Part shown: in pieces, positions 20,762 through 30,335 of the stretch
Layout: every line of letters begins with the position of its first letter
Numbering within the stretch: the first letter of the stretch is position 1
From: an uncultured Thermoleophilia bacterium
Lineage (GTDB): Bacteria > Actinomycetota > Thermoleophilia > Gaiellales > Gaiellaceae
Assembly: GCA_963799575.1 (NCBI GenBank)
Contig: CAWCXK010000009.1
Location: 93,890 to 157,889 of the forward strand
Length of the DNA stretch: 64,000 nucleotides
Direction: 5' to 3'
Made by a program: the position numbers and the translations under genes
The notes under the pieces: generated by a model
What the model saw: only the letters and a program-made list of their open reading frames with translations
Databases searched by the model: none
Told to the model about the DNA's origin: nothing

Positions 20762-20922
20762 CTCTTCGTTCTCTCCGATACCTAGTGGTGGACGTGGCGG
20801 GACACAGCCTCGCAAAGGCAACGGACATCCCGCCGTGCTCAAGCATCAGTCCCGAGCACTGGCGCGAACGAGAGAGCGCCTGCGGCTCGCCAGTGTGAAT
20901 TCCCAACACCGGCGCGGACGAC

Positions 20923-21363
20923 CTAAGCGGCGGCTGGGATAGCGCCCCGAAGGATTCGCTTCGTTCGCCGGTCGCTGATGTTCAGAGCATCCGCGATGGC
21001 CGTCGCCACCATTCCATGCGCGGCGAGATCGGCTACCTGGTCGGCCAGAGAGTTCGTGGTTCGTCGATGCCTCTTCGCGGGTCTTCCGTCTTCGGTTGCG
21101 ACTACCGCGGTTCGGTGCTTCGAGTCGGCCGGAGGCTTCGCCAGCTTGCTGTTAGCGTCGAACACGATCGGCCACGACCGTGGGGCGGCCGGGTTGACGA
21201 CGCTCTCCGACCCAGTGCCGGGTTGGCCGTTGCCATAGATGCGTCCGTGCCAGGTTGGCCGGATATCCCACCGCTCGCGATGACCTGGATTGCTCACGCG
21301 TATCCGCCGTCCTTCGATCTCGAGTCTCGTCGTCGGATTGAAGAGGTCTCTTTGCCCGACCAT
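20923..21363 (-). CDS. Hypothetical protein with C-terminal HTH
   Basis: LAAHGMVATAIADALNISDRRTKRIL resembles a helix-turn-helix. Confidence 0.4.
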   Translation of the reverse strand: MVGQRDLFNPTTRLEIEGRRIRVSNPGHRERWDIRPTWHGRIYGNGQPGTGSESVVNPAAPRSWPIVFDANSKLAKPPADSKHRTAVVATEDGRPAKRHRRTTNSLADQVADLAAHGMVATAIADALNISDRRTKRILRGAIPAAA

Positions 21364-21486
21364 GTCGGGAACGCAGTACGTGCATTGGTTCCTTTCGTTT
21401 TGCCGCGGTCGCCCGCTCCGGTAGTGAGGCGGCGTTCGGGGTTTTTTCTCGAGCAGAGGCGTTTCGATTCACCTGGGCTGGAGAAC

Positions 21487-22224
21487 ATGAGACTTGTGCT
21501 GAGGGTTATTCGTCATCTGTTCGATCCCGGTTATTGGCGCTGGTTGTGGACCGCGAGGATCGACAGTGGTACGCGGAGATTTGCGGTTTTTCTGCTGGCG
21601 GTCGGTATGGGCGTCGGCGGGTATGTGCTCGCGGTGCGGCTCACGGAGGCCGAGCGGGCAAGTGAGAGGACCGCGCTGCTGGCGCACACCTCGCCCGCTG
21701 TCACGGTCATTCGCCGGCAGGCCGTTCCGGGAAAACCAACGCGCGTCCTAGTGACGACCGTCGTCGAGCGCTCTGTCACGAGCCCTGCCGAAACCTCAGG
21801 AGCCGTGACCGTATACCGCGTCCATACCGAGACGGAAAGGAGCACGGTCCTCGTGCCGACCACCGTGCAAAGCCCTGGCCGCACCGTCGTCGTAACTCAA
21901 CCCCAGAGGCAGACGGCGCCACGCACCATAGTGCGATCGGTCACGGTCGATGGACCGACGCAGACGGTTACTTCCGCTGCGCCCGATCCCGTAACGGTCA
22001 CCGGCCCGACCCGCATCGTCACGACAACAAGTCCTGCAAAAACGGTGACGACTAAGAGCCCAGCAAAGACCGTCACCACAACAAGCCCAACCCGAACTGT
22101 CACTACTACGACCCCGACGACCGTCACTACCACTGTCTCGACGACCAAAACGGTCACCGCACCCGCTGTCACGATCACGACGCCACCCGTCACCATCACC
22201 GTTGGCCCACCTCCAAAGAAGTAG
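21487..22224 (+). CDS. Membrane-anchored Thr/Val/Pro-rich surface protein
   Basis: One TM, then low-complexity SPAKTVTT-type repeats; GGAG RBS. Confidence 0.6.
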   Translation: MRLVLRVIRHLFDPGYWRWLWTARIDSGTRRFAVFLLAVGMGVGGYVLAVRLTEAERASERTALLAHTSPAVTVIRRQAVPGKPTRVLVTTVVERSVTSPAETSGAVTVYRVHTETERSTVLVPTTVQSPGRTVVVTQPQRQTAPRTIVRSVTVDGPTQTVTSAAPDPVTVTGPTRIVTTTSPAKTVTTKSPAKTVTTTSPTRTVTTTTPTTVTTTVSTTKTVTAPAVTITTPPVTITVGPPPKK

Positions 22225-22766
22225 ATAGACGACCTCTTCGGATCGGCGGGGAGCGGACGAGCGCGCACCGGATGAGTGGACGGTGCGCGCTCTCCCTGCT
22301 CACGTCGGGCACTCCTCCGAGTAGGAGAGTCTCTCGGAGTGGAGAAGCGCCCGAAGCTAGTGGCGCTCGGTGAGAGCGCCTAGAACGGAATACCGAGGTC
22401 GGTCAGATGCTGGAGGTGTCTCTGACCGTCGGGTATGGCGAACCGCTCCGCCCGGCCCGCCCTGATATCGGCCCGTACTCCGTCGATCAGGGCGTGAGCA
22501 GCGGCGCGGCAGGCATCATCCTCGGCCTTCATACGCTTGGCCTCTCCCGGAGTCTCTTACGCTCCGCCCCGAGGCTCCCTGTACCGGGCCTCGTAGTCGA
22601 ACTTCGGCGCCGCCATCTACGCGGCCGGGAGGAGGTTGCCGAACCCGGGCTAAGCGCGTCCTCTGCGCAGCGCATCCCCCGTTCGGAGCGCCTGTGAGCT
22701 GTTCCAGGCTGTCCGCGCAGTAGCTCTCCTCTCGGCGGTTCCGCACATCCGTGTGAACGATCAGCT

Positions 22767-22795
22767 GTCCCGGAAACAGCAACGATTCTTGTCGG
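22767..22795 (+). promoter_or_regulatory. Putative operator, copy 1, upstream of the TrxB-like gene
   Basis: 25/29 identical to 24866-24894. Confidence 0.6.
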
Positions 22796-22823
22796 TGACG
22801 GCGTTGACGGGCAACCTCGTCTC

Positions 22824-23765
22824 ATGACTGATTTCGATGTTGTTGTCGTGGGCGGTGGAGCAGCCGGCTTGTCGGCAGGGTTGGTGTTGTCGCGTGCCCG
22901 CCGCCGTGTTCTCGTGGTTGACAGTGGGATGCCGAGGAACGCGCCGGCATCGCAGATGCACGGCTTCCTTTCGCGTGATGGCTTTTCCCCGAGCGAGCTT
23001 CTTGAGCTCGGCCGGGAAGAGGTGGCTGGCTATGGCGGCCAAATCGTTGATGCTTCCGTCGCCGGGGTCAAGAGCCTCACCACGGGGTTTCGCGTCGCTC
23101 TTGACAGTGGACTCTCGGTTTCCGCACGACGGCTGCTTGTCGCCACCGGCCTTCGGGATGAGCTGCCTGAGATCCCGGGGTTGCAAGACCGTTGGGCGCG
23201 AGATGTGCTCCATTGCCCGTACTGTCACGGCTTCGAGGTTCGCGACCAGGCTCTCGGCGTTCTCGGCTGGGCGCCCGGAGCGGCCGGTTATGCGCAGATC
23301 GTTCGTCAGTGGTCAAAAGATGTCGTCTTCCTGGCCTCGGACGGAACCCTGACCGAGGCGGAGCGCGAAGGACTGACGGCTCGTTCGATCGCCGTTGTTG
23401 ACGGGGCGGTCGAGCGGGTTCTCGCTCCTGATGATCGGCTGCTTGGCGTCGAGTTGAAAGACGGTCGGATCGTCGAGCTCGACGCTCTGTTCGTGCCGCC
23501 ACGCTTTGTTCCGAACGATGCGCTGCTCGTCGAGCTTGGCTGCGACCTGGACGACAACGGCTGGGCTGTCATAGACAGCACCGGCCGGACGAGCGTCGCG
23601 GGCGTGTGGGTCGCCGGCAACGTCGCGAACGCACGTGCGCAGGTGATCACCGCGGCCGGCGAAGGGTCGGCGGCAGCGATCGCGCTCAACGCGGATCTCG
23701 TCGCCGACGACGTCGCGCGCGCCCTCGCCGCCCCTGACTCTACTGCCCGAATCAAGACGTACTGA
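22824..23765 (+). CDS. NAD(P)/FAD-dependent oxidoreductase, thioredoxin-reductase-like
   Basis: VVGGGAAG, LVATG, HCPYCHG redox motif, TSVAGVWVAGN. Confidence 0.9.
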   Translation: MTDFDVVVVGGGAAGLSAGLVLSRARRRVLVVDSGMPRNAPASQMHGFLSRDGFSPSELLELGREEVAGYGGQIVDASVAGVKSLTTGFRVALDSGLSVSARRLLVATGLRDELPEIPGLQDRWARDVLHCPYCHGFEVRDQALGVLGWAPGAAGYAQIVRQWSKDVVFLASDGTLTEAEREGLTARSIAVVDGAVERVLAPDDRLLGVELKDGRIVELDALFVPPRFVPNDALLVELGCDLDDNGWAVIDSTGRTSVAGVWVAGNVANARAQVITAAGEGSAAAIALNADLVADDVARALAAPDSTARIKTY

Positions 23766-23790
23766 AATTCAACTGACCGGAGGAAATCTG

Positions 23791-24042
23791 ATGACGACCA
23801 CTGAGAACGTTCAACCGAAGATCGCCGGACCCCCGAGCCGACATCAGCTTGCGCTGATGATCTGGCTCTGCGTCTTTCCGACGCTGACCGTGCTCAACCT
23901 GCTGATCGGCAGCTGGTTGGGAACACTCTCACCTGTTGTGCGCACGTTCGTGCTCGCGACGATCGCAGTGCCGATCGTGATCTACGGGCAGATGCCTCAC
24001 GTGCAGCGGCTCCGCCAGCGCTTGATCGCCTGCCGGCGCTAA
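23791..24042 (+). CDS. Small two-TM membrane protein
   Basis: GGAGG RBS; two hydrophobic helices. Confidence 0.7.
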   Translation: MTTTENVQPKIAGPPSRHQLALMIWLCVFPTLTVLNLLIGSWLGTLSPVVRTFVLATIAVPIVIYGQMPHVQRLRQRLIACRR

Positions 24043-24049
24043 CACGCGA

Positions 24050-24655
24050 TCACGAACCGTGGCTGTGGCCGCCACCCCCGCGCGGTTTGGCGCGAACGTG
24101 GGGTTGGTGGCCGTCGCGGTTGTGGAGACTGAGAACCTCGACCGGCTGATCGTCGGCCGGGCCGAACCAGTGAGGAAGCTTCGTGTCGAACTCGGCAACC
24201 TCGCCGGCGCCCATCGTGATGTCGTGCTCACCGAGGATCAGCCGCATCCGCCCGCTCAAGACATAGAGCCATTCGTAGCCGCCGTGGATGCGGAGCTCGG
24301 GCTCTCCCTTCTCGGGAGGGATCAGAACCTTCCAGGCATTGACGCCGGTGGTGCTCTCGCTGAGCGGGATGACAATACGACCGTTGCGCTTCCGGGCTTT
24401 CGGCCTGATCCGCGGATCTCCTATCTCAGTGGCGCCGACGAGCTCGTCGAGCGGCACCCGATGCGCTTTCGCGATCGGTAACAGCAGCTCGAGGCTCGGT
24501 TTGCGCTGGCCGGTCTCGAGTCGCGAGAGCGTGCTCTTCGAAATGCCTGTGATCGCGGCGAGATCAGTGAGTGTCACTCCACGATGGGTTCGTAGCCTTT
24601 TCAGCCGCGGCCCGACCTCTGCAAGGACGGCTGTTATGTCCGCTGATGGCTCCAT
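24050..24655 (-). CDS. XRE-family transcriptional regulator with cupin sensor domain
   Basis: TLTDLAAITGISKSTLSRLETG HTH; HGGYEWLYVLSG...PHWF cupin. Confidence 0.9.
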   Translation of the reverse strand: MEPSADITAVLAEVGPRLKRLRTHRGVTLTDLAAITGISKSTLSRLETGQRKPSLELLLPIAKAHRVPLDELVGATEIGDPRIRPKARKRNGRIVIPLSESTTGVNAWKVLIPPEKGEPELRIHGGYEWLYVLSGRMRLILGEHDITMGAGEVAEFDTKLPHWFGPADDQPVEVLSLHNRDGHQPHVRAKPRGGGGHSHGS

Positions 24656-24865
24656 TACCCCGGTAGTCAACCACCGCGCTACGTCGGACGCGTGGGCTCC
24701 TCGCGTGGTTGTCGAGGCCACTGTCTTCCCGGGGAGCTCCTCAGGGTCGCCTCAGGGTCATTCCGGATGGTGCCGGCCGGCCCGGCGCGACACCCTGCAG
24801 GCATGAACACAACAACCACAGACATCCCAGAGATCTGGCGGCTGCAGCGCAGCTGCGACCAGCGC

Positions 24866-24894
24866 GTCCCGGAAATGGCAACAAATCTTGTCGG
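24866..24894 (+). promoter_or_regulatory. Putative operator, copy 2, between the XRE gene and the MMPL gene
   Basis: 25/29 identical to 22767-22795. Confidence 0.6.
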
Positions 24895-24954
24895 CTGGAA
24901 CAGGGTGCCCCAGGGTGGTTCGTACACCGTGCGACCAACCGAAGGGAGCTGATC

Positions 24955-27102
24955 ATGAACCGTCTCGCCGACCTGATTCTCAGCCACAAGCGACTCGTCG
25001 TTGCCTTCTGGGCCGTTGTGACGGTCGCCGCGTTCGCGGCGATTGGCCCGGCCGGGAAGTCGCTCTCGCAGCAGTTCAACATCCCGGGCCGCGAGGGCTA
25101 CGAGACCAACAAGGACATCGCGCAGATCTACGGCAACGGCGGAGACATCGCACCGCTCGTTCCAGTCGTCACCCTTGCAAAAGGCACCACCGTGGACTCA
25201 CCAGGCGTCACCGCCGAACTCACCTCGGCGCTTGCCCAGGTGAAAAAGGCGATGCCGGACGTCCGGATCGCCTCCTACGCCTCCACCCACGACCGCGCCT
25301 TCGTCTCCAAGGACGGACGGACCACGTTCGCGCTCGTCTATCACCCCGCCGTCGGCGGCGTGGACCCCGGACAAGCCGAAGCGAAAAGGGCGCAGGCAGC
25401 ACTCGAGGGCGTCACGGTCGCCGGCTCTCCCGTCGATCTCACCGGGATGAACGCGCTTCGTGCCGCTCCGGCCGAGAGCGACTCGGGCGGCACCGGGATG
25501 CTCGTCGAGACACTGCTCGGCGCACTCGGCGCCCTACTCGTCCTCATCTTCGTCTTCCGCTCGTTCATGGCGATCGTGCCCCTGCTGATGGCGGCCGTCG
25601 CCATCCCGACCACGTTCCTGCTCATCTGGCCGATCGCGAACGTCACCGACGTCTCCGTGATCGTCCAGTTCCTCGTCGCGCTCATCGGGCTCGGGATCGC
25701 GATCGACTATGCCCTCCTGGTCGTCGTCCGCTGGCGCGAGGAACGGCGAGGCGGAGAGATCGCTAACGAGACAGCAGTCCAGAATGCGATGCAGCACGCC
25801 GGCTCCGCTGTCGTGTTCAGTGGCACGACCGTTGCGATCTCATTGCTGTCGCTTCTCGCCCTGCCGATGCCCGCGCTTCGCAGCATCGGGATCGCCGGCC
25901 TCCTGATCGCGCTCGTCAGCGTCGCGGTTGCCAACACCCTCCTTCCCGTCGTCCTCGCAACCGTTGGCCCCTGGCTCGACCGGCCGCGTTCCAACCGGGA
26001 TCAGAGCGCCAGCCGCGGCTGGTCTGCCTGGGCACGGATCGTCGTCCGACACCGCTGGCTCGCCGCGACCGCCTCCACAGCCGTCCTTGCCGCGCTCGTC
26101 GCAGCGGCTTCGCAGATCCAGCTCGGTGATCCACAGGCTGACTCGCTCGCGCAGAAAGGCGGAGCCCGGGTCGGTCTCGAGCAGCTGAAGGACTCCGGCA
26201 TCGGCACCGGCCCGCTTTCACCGTTCGAGGCTCTCGTCCGCTCCGGCAACCCGGCGAGCGTCGCAGCCTCGATCGCCAACGTCGAGGGCGTTCAGACGAC
26301 TGTTGCCCCGGCTGACTGGCGGCGCGACGGCACCGCGATCGTCACGATCATCCCAACTGCAGATGCCAACTCGGCGGCTGGGCGTGCGACCCTCGACCGG
26401 ATTCGCGCCACCGAGATCGCCGGCGTGACCGTGGGCGGCGAAGCGGCCCAGAGCGCCGACTTCCTCCACGCCGTCTACGGGAACTTCCCACTGATGATCC
26501 TCGCGATCAGCGTCCTCACCTTCATCCTCCTCGCCCGCGCCTTCCGCTCACTCGTCCTCCCGCTCAAAGCCGTCCTCCTCAACCTCCTCTCGGTCGCGGC
26601 CGCTTGGGGGCTGACGGTGCTCGTCTGGCAGGACGGCTACGGCTCGACCGCGATCTGGAACATCCCCGCGACACAGGCGATCAACGTCGAAATGCCGATC
26701 GTGATCTTCGCCTTCCTATTTGGGATCTCGATGGACTACCAGGTCTTCATCATCAGCCGGATGCGCGAGGCCTACGACCGCACCGGCTCCACCGAGACCG
26801 CCGTCGTCGAAGGCATCGGACGCACCGGCCGGCTCGTTACGAGCGCGGCGCTGATCATGTTCCTCGCCTTCGTCGCCTTCAGCGCCACACCCGGCACCGA
26901 GGCAAAGATGTTCGCGACCGCCCTCGGCGGCGGCATCCTGATCGACGCGACGATCATCCGTGGCGTCCTCGCGCCTGCCGCCGTAGCCCTGCTCGGCCGC
27001 TGGAACTGGTGGCTCCCGACCTGGGCGGCACGCCTGCTCCGCGTCGACCCCTCCGAGATCACACGCGAAGCACCAGTCGAGCCCGCTACCCAGCTCGTCT
27101 AG
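24955..27102 (+). CDS. MMPL-family (RND-related) transporter
   Basis: GIAIDYALL and FGISMDYQVF repeats; GRWNWWLP C-terminus; ~12 TM. Confidence 0.92.
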   Translation: MNRLADLILSHKRLVVAFWAVVTVAAFAAIGPAGKSLSQQFNIPGREGYETNKDIAQIYGNGGDIAPLVPVVTLAKGTTVDSPGVTAELTSALAQVKKAMPDVRIASYASTHDRAFVSKDGRTTFALVYHPAVGGVDPGQAEAKRAQAALEGVTVAGSPVDLTGMNALRAAPAESDSGGTGMLVETLLGALGALLVLIFVFRSFMAIVPLLMAAVAIPTTFLLIWPIANVTDVSVIVQFLVALIGLGIAIDYALLVVVRWREERRGGEIANETAVQNAMQHAGSAVVFSGTTVAISLLSLLALPMPALRSIGIAGLLIALVSVAVANTLLPVVLATVGPWLDRPRSNRDQSASRGWSAWARIVVRHRWLAATASTAVLAALVAAASQIQLGDPQADSLAQKGGARVGLEQLKDSGIGTGPLSPFEALVRSGNPASVAASIANVEGVQTTVAPADWRRDGTAIVTIIPTADANSAAGRATLDRIRATEIAGVTVGGEAAQSADFLHAVYGNFPLMILAISVLTFILLARAFRSLVLPLKAVLLNLLSVAAAWGLTVLVWQDGYGSTAIWNIPATQAINVEMPIVIFAFLFGISMDYQVFIISRMREAYDRTGSTETAVVEGIGRTGRLVTSAALIMFLAFVAFSATPGTEAKMFATALGGGILIDATIIRGVLAPAAVALLGRWNWWLPTWAARLLRVDPSEITREAPVEPATQLV

Positions 27103-27116
27103 TTCGAGAAGAGCGG

Positions 27117-27148
27117 TGGCCGGGGCGAGGATTCCCTCCCCCGGCACT
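27117..27148 (+). terminator. GC-rich hairpin after the MMPL gene
   Basis: GCCGGGG...CCCCGGC stem; no clear U-tract. Confidence 0.4.
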
Positions 27149-27208
27149 GCTCACACTCTTCCGTCTCTCGCAGCTCTGGCAGCCGCGGACACCCCAGGAG
27201 AACAGGCA

Positions 27209-27580
27209 ATGAACAGCCGATCAGAACACCGAAGCTCCCGCAGAAGCACACACGCGGAAAGATCTAAGCCGCACTCGCCAATCCACATCCGACGAAGCCG
27301 GATCACCGACCTTCCTGCGCTCCGGAGAATGGCACGTCTCCAAGAGCAGATGCTTCCCTCCGGAGCCTTCCTGATCGCCGAGATCCGAGGGAACATCGTC
27401 GCGGCCGCGCCCCTCGAGGCTGACGCGCCGGCGCTCGCAACCTCACGTCCATGCAGCGAGCAACTGCAGGATCTGCTGCACCGGCAGGCTCGGTTCGTCA
27501 GAGCGTCCCGCGGTGGCCGCTCGACAGCGGGCTTGCCTCACCGCACCGCGGAACTTGAAAGCGACGCCTTAGGGCGTTAG
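27209..27580 (+). CDS. Hypothetical protein
   Basis: AGGAG RBS; IRR...DLPALRRMARL...LIAEIRGNIVAA looks protein-like. Confidence 0.5.
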   Translation: MNSRSEHRSSRRSTHAERSKPHSPIHIRRSRITDLPALRRMARLQEQMLPSGAFLIAEIRGNIVAAAPLEADAPALATSRPCSEQLQDLLHRQARFVRASRGGRSTAGLPHRTAELESDALGR

Positions 27581-27656
27581 GTTCGCGTTCTTACTCGGTC
27601 ATCGTGGCGGCGTGGGAATCCACCTGCTCGCCGCCACCGGGGAAAGGGGTCGCCGG

Positions 27657-28352
27657 ATGTCCCTGGATCAGAAGAGGGCGCGCTGGTTCGGCGTGCTCTA
27701 CCTCATCACGTTCGTGACGTCGATCCCGGCGCTGTGGTTGTACGAGGATGCGCTCCGTCATCCGTTGGCCTTCATCGCCGGTGCGGGGGACGTCAACAAG
27801 ATCTACCTCGGCGCGCTGTTGGAGCTGCTGCTGATCATCTCGAACATCGGAACTGCAGTCGTGATTTACCCGATCTTGCGGCGGCAGTTCGAAGAGCTAT
27901 CGCTCGGCTACGTGACGGCGAGGATCTTCGAGTGCACGTTCATCCTCGTCGGCATCGTTGCGATGCTCGGGCTCGCCACCTTGCAGCACGAGAATGCGGG
28001 CGCGGCTGAAGCCACCGTCGCGTACACGCTTGCGGCGATCAAAGACTGGACGTTCCTGCTCGGGCCAGGCTGGGTCGTCGGCTGGGGGAACGGCCTGATT
28101 CTCGGCTACATGATGTATCGCACGCGCCTCGTGCCGCGGGCGTGGACTTGGCTCGGGCTGATCGGCGGGCCGCTGCTCATCGCGACCGGGACGGCAATCC
28201 TTTTCACCGGGAACGATCCGAGCAGCACCCTGCGCGGCCTACAAGGCATCGCGACCATCCCGGAGTTCGTGTGGGAACTCTTCCTCGGCGTTTACTGCAC
28301 CATCTGGGGGTTCAAGCGCGACGCCCCGATCCTTTCCAGGAGCACGCAATGA
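27657..28352 (+). CDS. DUF4386-family membrane protein
   Basis: ARWFGVLYLITFVTSIPA, RLVPR...GLIG, WELFLG. Confidence 0.8.
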   Translation: MSLDQKRARWFGVLYLITFVTSIPALWLYEDALRHPLAFIAGAGDVNKIYLGALLELLLIISNIGTAVVIYPILRRQFEELSLGYVTARIFECTFILVGIVAMLGLATLQHENAGAAEATVAYTLAAIKDWTFLLGPGWVVGWGNGLILGYMMYRTRLVPRAWTWLGLIGGPLLIATGTAILFTGNDPSSTLRGLQGIATIPEFVWELFLGVYCTIWGFKRDAPILSRSTQ

Positions 28353-28407
28353 CGGCTCAAACCGAGCCGATTTTGCACAGCCCAGAAGCTGGGATCGACG
28401 CCACGCC

Positions 28408-28617
28408 GTGCGCTGCAAGGAGTGCTTCTCGCTACTGCATTGGACGGGCTACGAAGGCAAGATCCGTATCCCGTACGGGACTCTGATCGACGAACCGACG
28501 CTGAAACCGATGGCGCATGTTTTCGTCGGCTCGAAGGCATCTTGGTACGAGATCCTCGACGACCTGCCACAGTACGGCGAATCTCCGTGGTCAGGATCGC
28601 CCCCGCTGGTCGGTTGA
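28408..28617 (+). pseudogene. GFA-family (CENP-V-like) protein C-terminal fragment
   Basis: RCKECFSLL...GTL...P..HVFVGSKASWYEI.DDLPQY; N-terminal Cys motifs missing. Confidence 0.7.
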
Positions 28618-28816
28618 CTGTGATGAGCTGCTGAAGCGCGATGAAGTCTCTACCGCTCTCGCGGATGAAGCGAAAGGTCCGGCGACTACGCCAGTAGTCG
28701 CTGAAGTCCTTGCCGACGAGGCCAGGCCCGAATGTGCGGGCGGGGTTCATGGATGCCCCTGAGATGCCTAAGGGCTTTCAAGTCAGCCCCAGCCAAGCTA
28801 CGGAGGTGCCCGCCCG

Positions 28817-28845
28817 CTGACCTCGGGAGAAGGCCCACTCATCAC
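28817..28845 (+). repeat. Imperfect direct repeat, copy 1
   Basis: CTGACCTCGGGAGAAGGCCCACTCATCAC; 26/29 identical to 30095-30123. Confidence 0.7.
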
Positions 28846-29084
28846 GTCCGACCAAAACCCGCTCGAACGCGACGAGCCTCAGGGCCATCTCCCGACTCGC
28901 CACAGGATCAGGGAGCGGGCACCACAGCGCCCGGCGAAGACGGCATGCGCACGCACAGGTCGGAATGCACCCGGACGGCCGCGTGGTTCCCGAGGCCGCC
29001 AACTACACACTGCGCGCGGCAGTGCTCTATCACGTGCTGGGAGGCGTCTGGTGCCCAGGGGCAGCACGGGGTCTAGCGCCCAAC

Positions 29085-29483
29085 CTATTCACCGAGCGGA
29101 TAATTGCCGCGGACGCGACCGGATGCCGACGCCCGGGGCTTCAACAGACGGCCGCCCGTTGCGTAGACGGCCGCGTGATACACGATGGACAGGACCGCGA
29201 GGGCGACGGCGAATGCCGGCGTTCCAGCGAGCCACAGCGCGATGACCGCGACTGCAGAGATGACGAGCTCTTCTAGGAGCCGCATCGGCTCGGCGAAACG
29301 TCCCGCCTGGTGGAAGTCGATTCCGCCCCAGAAACCGAAGCCGACCGCAGGCGCAACGATCGCGAGAATGACACTGGTGGTCGTGCCGTGCCCGCGCTGG
29401 TAACCCCAGTACGCAAGCGCAGCGACCATCCCCACTTCCATTGCGACGCGGAGAACGAGGAGTATGAGCTGGGAGCGTGTCAC
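29085..29483 (-). CDS. YrdB-family (DUF2568) membrane protein
   Basis: LRVAMEVGMVAALAYWG...FWG...RLLEEL; GTG start overlaps the upstream stop. Confidence 0.7.
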   Translation of the reverse strand: MTRSQLILLVLRVAMEVGMVAALAYWGYQRGHGTTTSVILAIVAPAVGFGFWGGIDFHQAGRFAEPMRLLEELVISAVAVIALWLAGTPAFAVALAVLSIVYHAAVYATGGRLLKPRASASGRVRGNYPLGE

Positions 29484-29920
29484 CGAGCAGTCAGTTGGAA
29501 CACAGGGTGGTCTGCTGCGATCCTCGTGAACTCCGCGCTGTCGGAGTCGGGGCCCACGCCGTCGAAGAACTGGCCCACTTCCCACTTCCAACGGCTCAGG
29601 TACGCCCGCATCACCGACTCCTTCGCCTCGTCCGGCAGCTCTACAGCAGTGAACATTTCGCGGCGTGATCCGAGCAGCAGGGCACCTTCGCCCGATGCGC
29701 GGAGGTTCCGCACCCATTGGGTGTGGCCGCGCGGAGCGACGAGGTAGCGGTGACCGTCGACGATCAGAGGATTGACGGGGTTGCGACGCGGCGCTCCGCT
29801 CTTCCGTCCGCGCACCTCGAGGATGCGTGAGCCCCAGAAGCTGATGCCGAGTCTCGTAAGCCCGGCGATGAGCGGGTTCATGACCTTACGGTCAAACCAA
29901 CTCGGGGCGCGATAGTGCAT
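29480..29920 (-). CDS. Deazaflavin (F420)-dependent nitroreductase-family oxidoreductase
   Basis: LEVRGRKSGAPR, WVRNLRA, HPVFQL; GGAGG RBS. Confidence 0.85.
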   Translation of the reverse strand: MHYRAPSWFDRKVMNPLIAGLTRLGISFWGSRILEVRGRKSGAPRRNPVNPLIVDGHRYLVAPRGHTQWVRNLRASGEGALLLGSRREMFTAVELPDEAKESVMRAYLSRWKWEVGQFFDGVGPDSDSAEFTRIAADHPVFQLTAR

Positions 29921-30094
29921 TACTCACCTCCCGGTTAGCTGTACCTTGACGATAACGGGCCGCATTAGAAGACGATGTAAATATCCCTCTTCGCGGCGTC
30001 CTGGCCCAATCGGCCAGGCCTGCCGGTAGCGATGTTCGCCGACGCGCTGTCCGGGATCGGGCGCGGCGAACCTAGAGCGGGCGTCGCCCGCCGC

Positions 30095-30123
30095 CTGATC
30101 TCAGGAGAAGGCCTACTCATCAC
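30095..30123 (+). repeat. Imperfect direct repeat, copy 2
   Basis: CTGATCTCAGGAGAAGGCCTACTCATCAC. Confidence 0.7.
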
Positions 30124-30212
30124 AATCATCCAAACCCTCGGCTGACGACTACACACCACCCATCGCCTGCACCACTGTTCGGTTTGGCGCCTGATGCGAG
30201 CGGGGTCGGAGT

Positions 30213-30335
30213 TCAGTACACGCCGGGCACGAGGCGCCGCCGCTGGCTCGCGTACGCGATGTACGGCTCGCCGAGCGCTTGGCGCAGGAGCTTCGCCTCC
30301 CGAGGGATGCGCTGCGCCGTGACGAGTGCCCAACC
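30213..30335 (-). pseudogene. Isoprenylcysteine carboxyl methyltransferase-family C-terminal fragment
   Basis: RIPREAKLLRQALGEPYIAYASQRRRLVPGVY. Confidence 0.55.

Noticed and set aside
21960-22200. DNA tandem repeat array
   Set aside because: Repeats are degenerate at synonymous sites and explained by a Thr-rich protein
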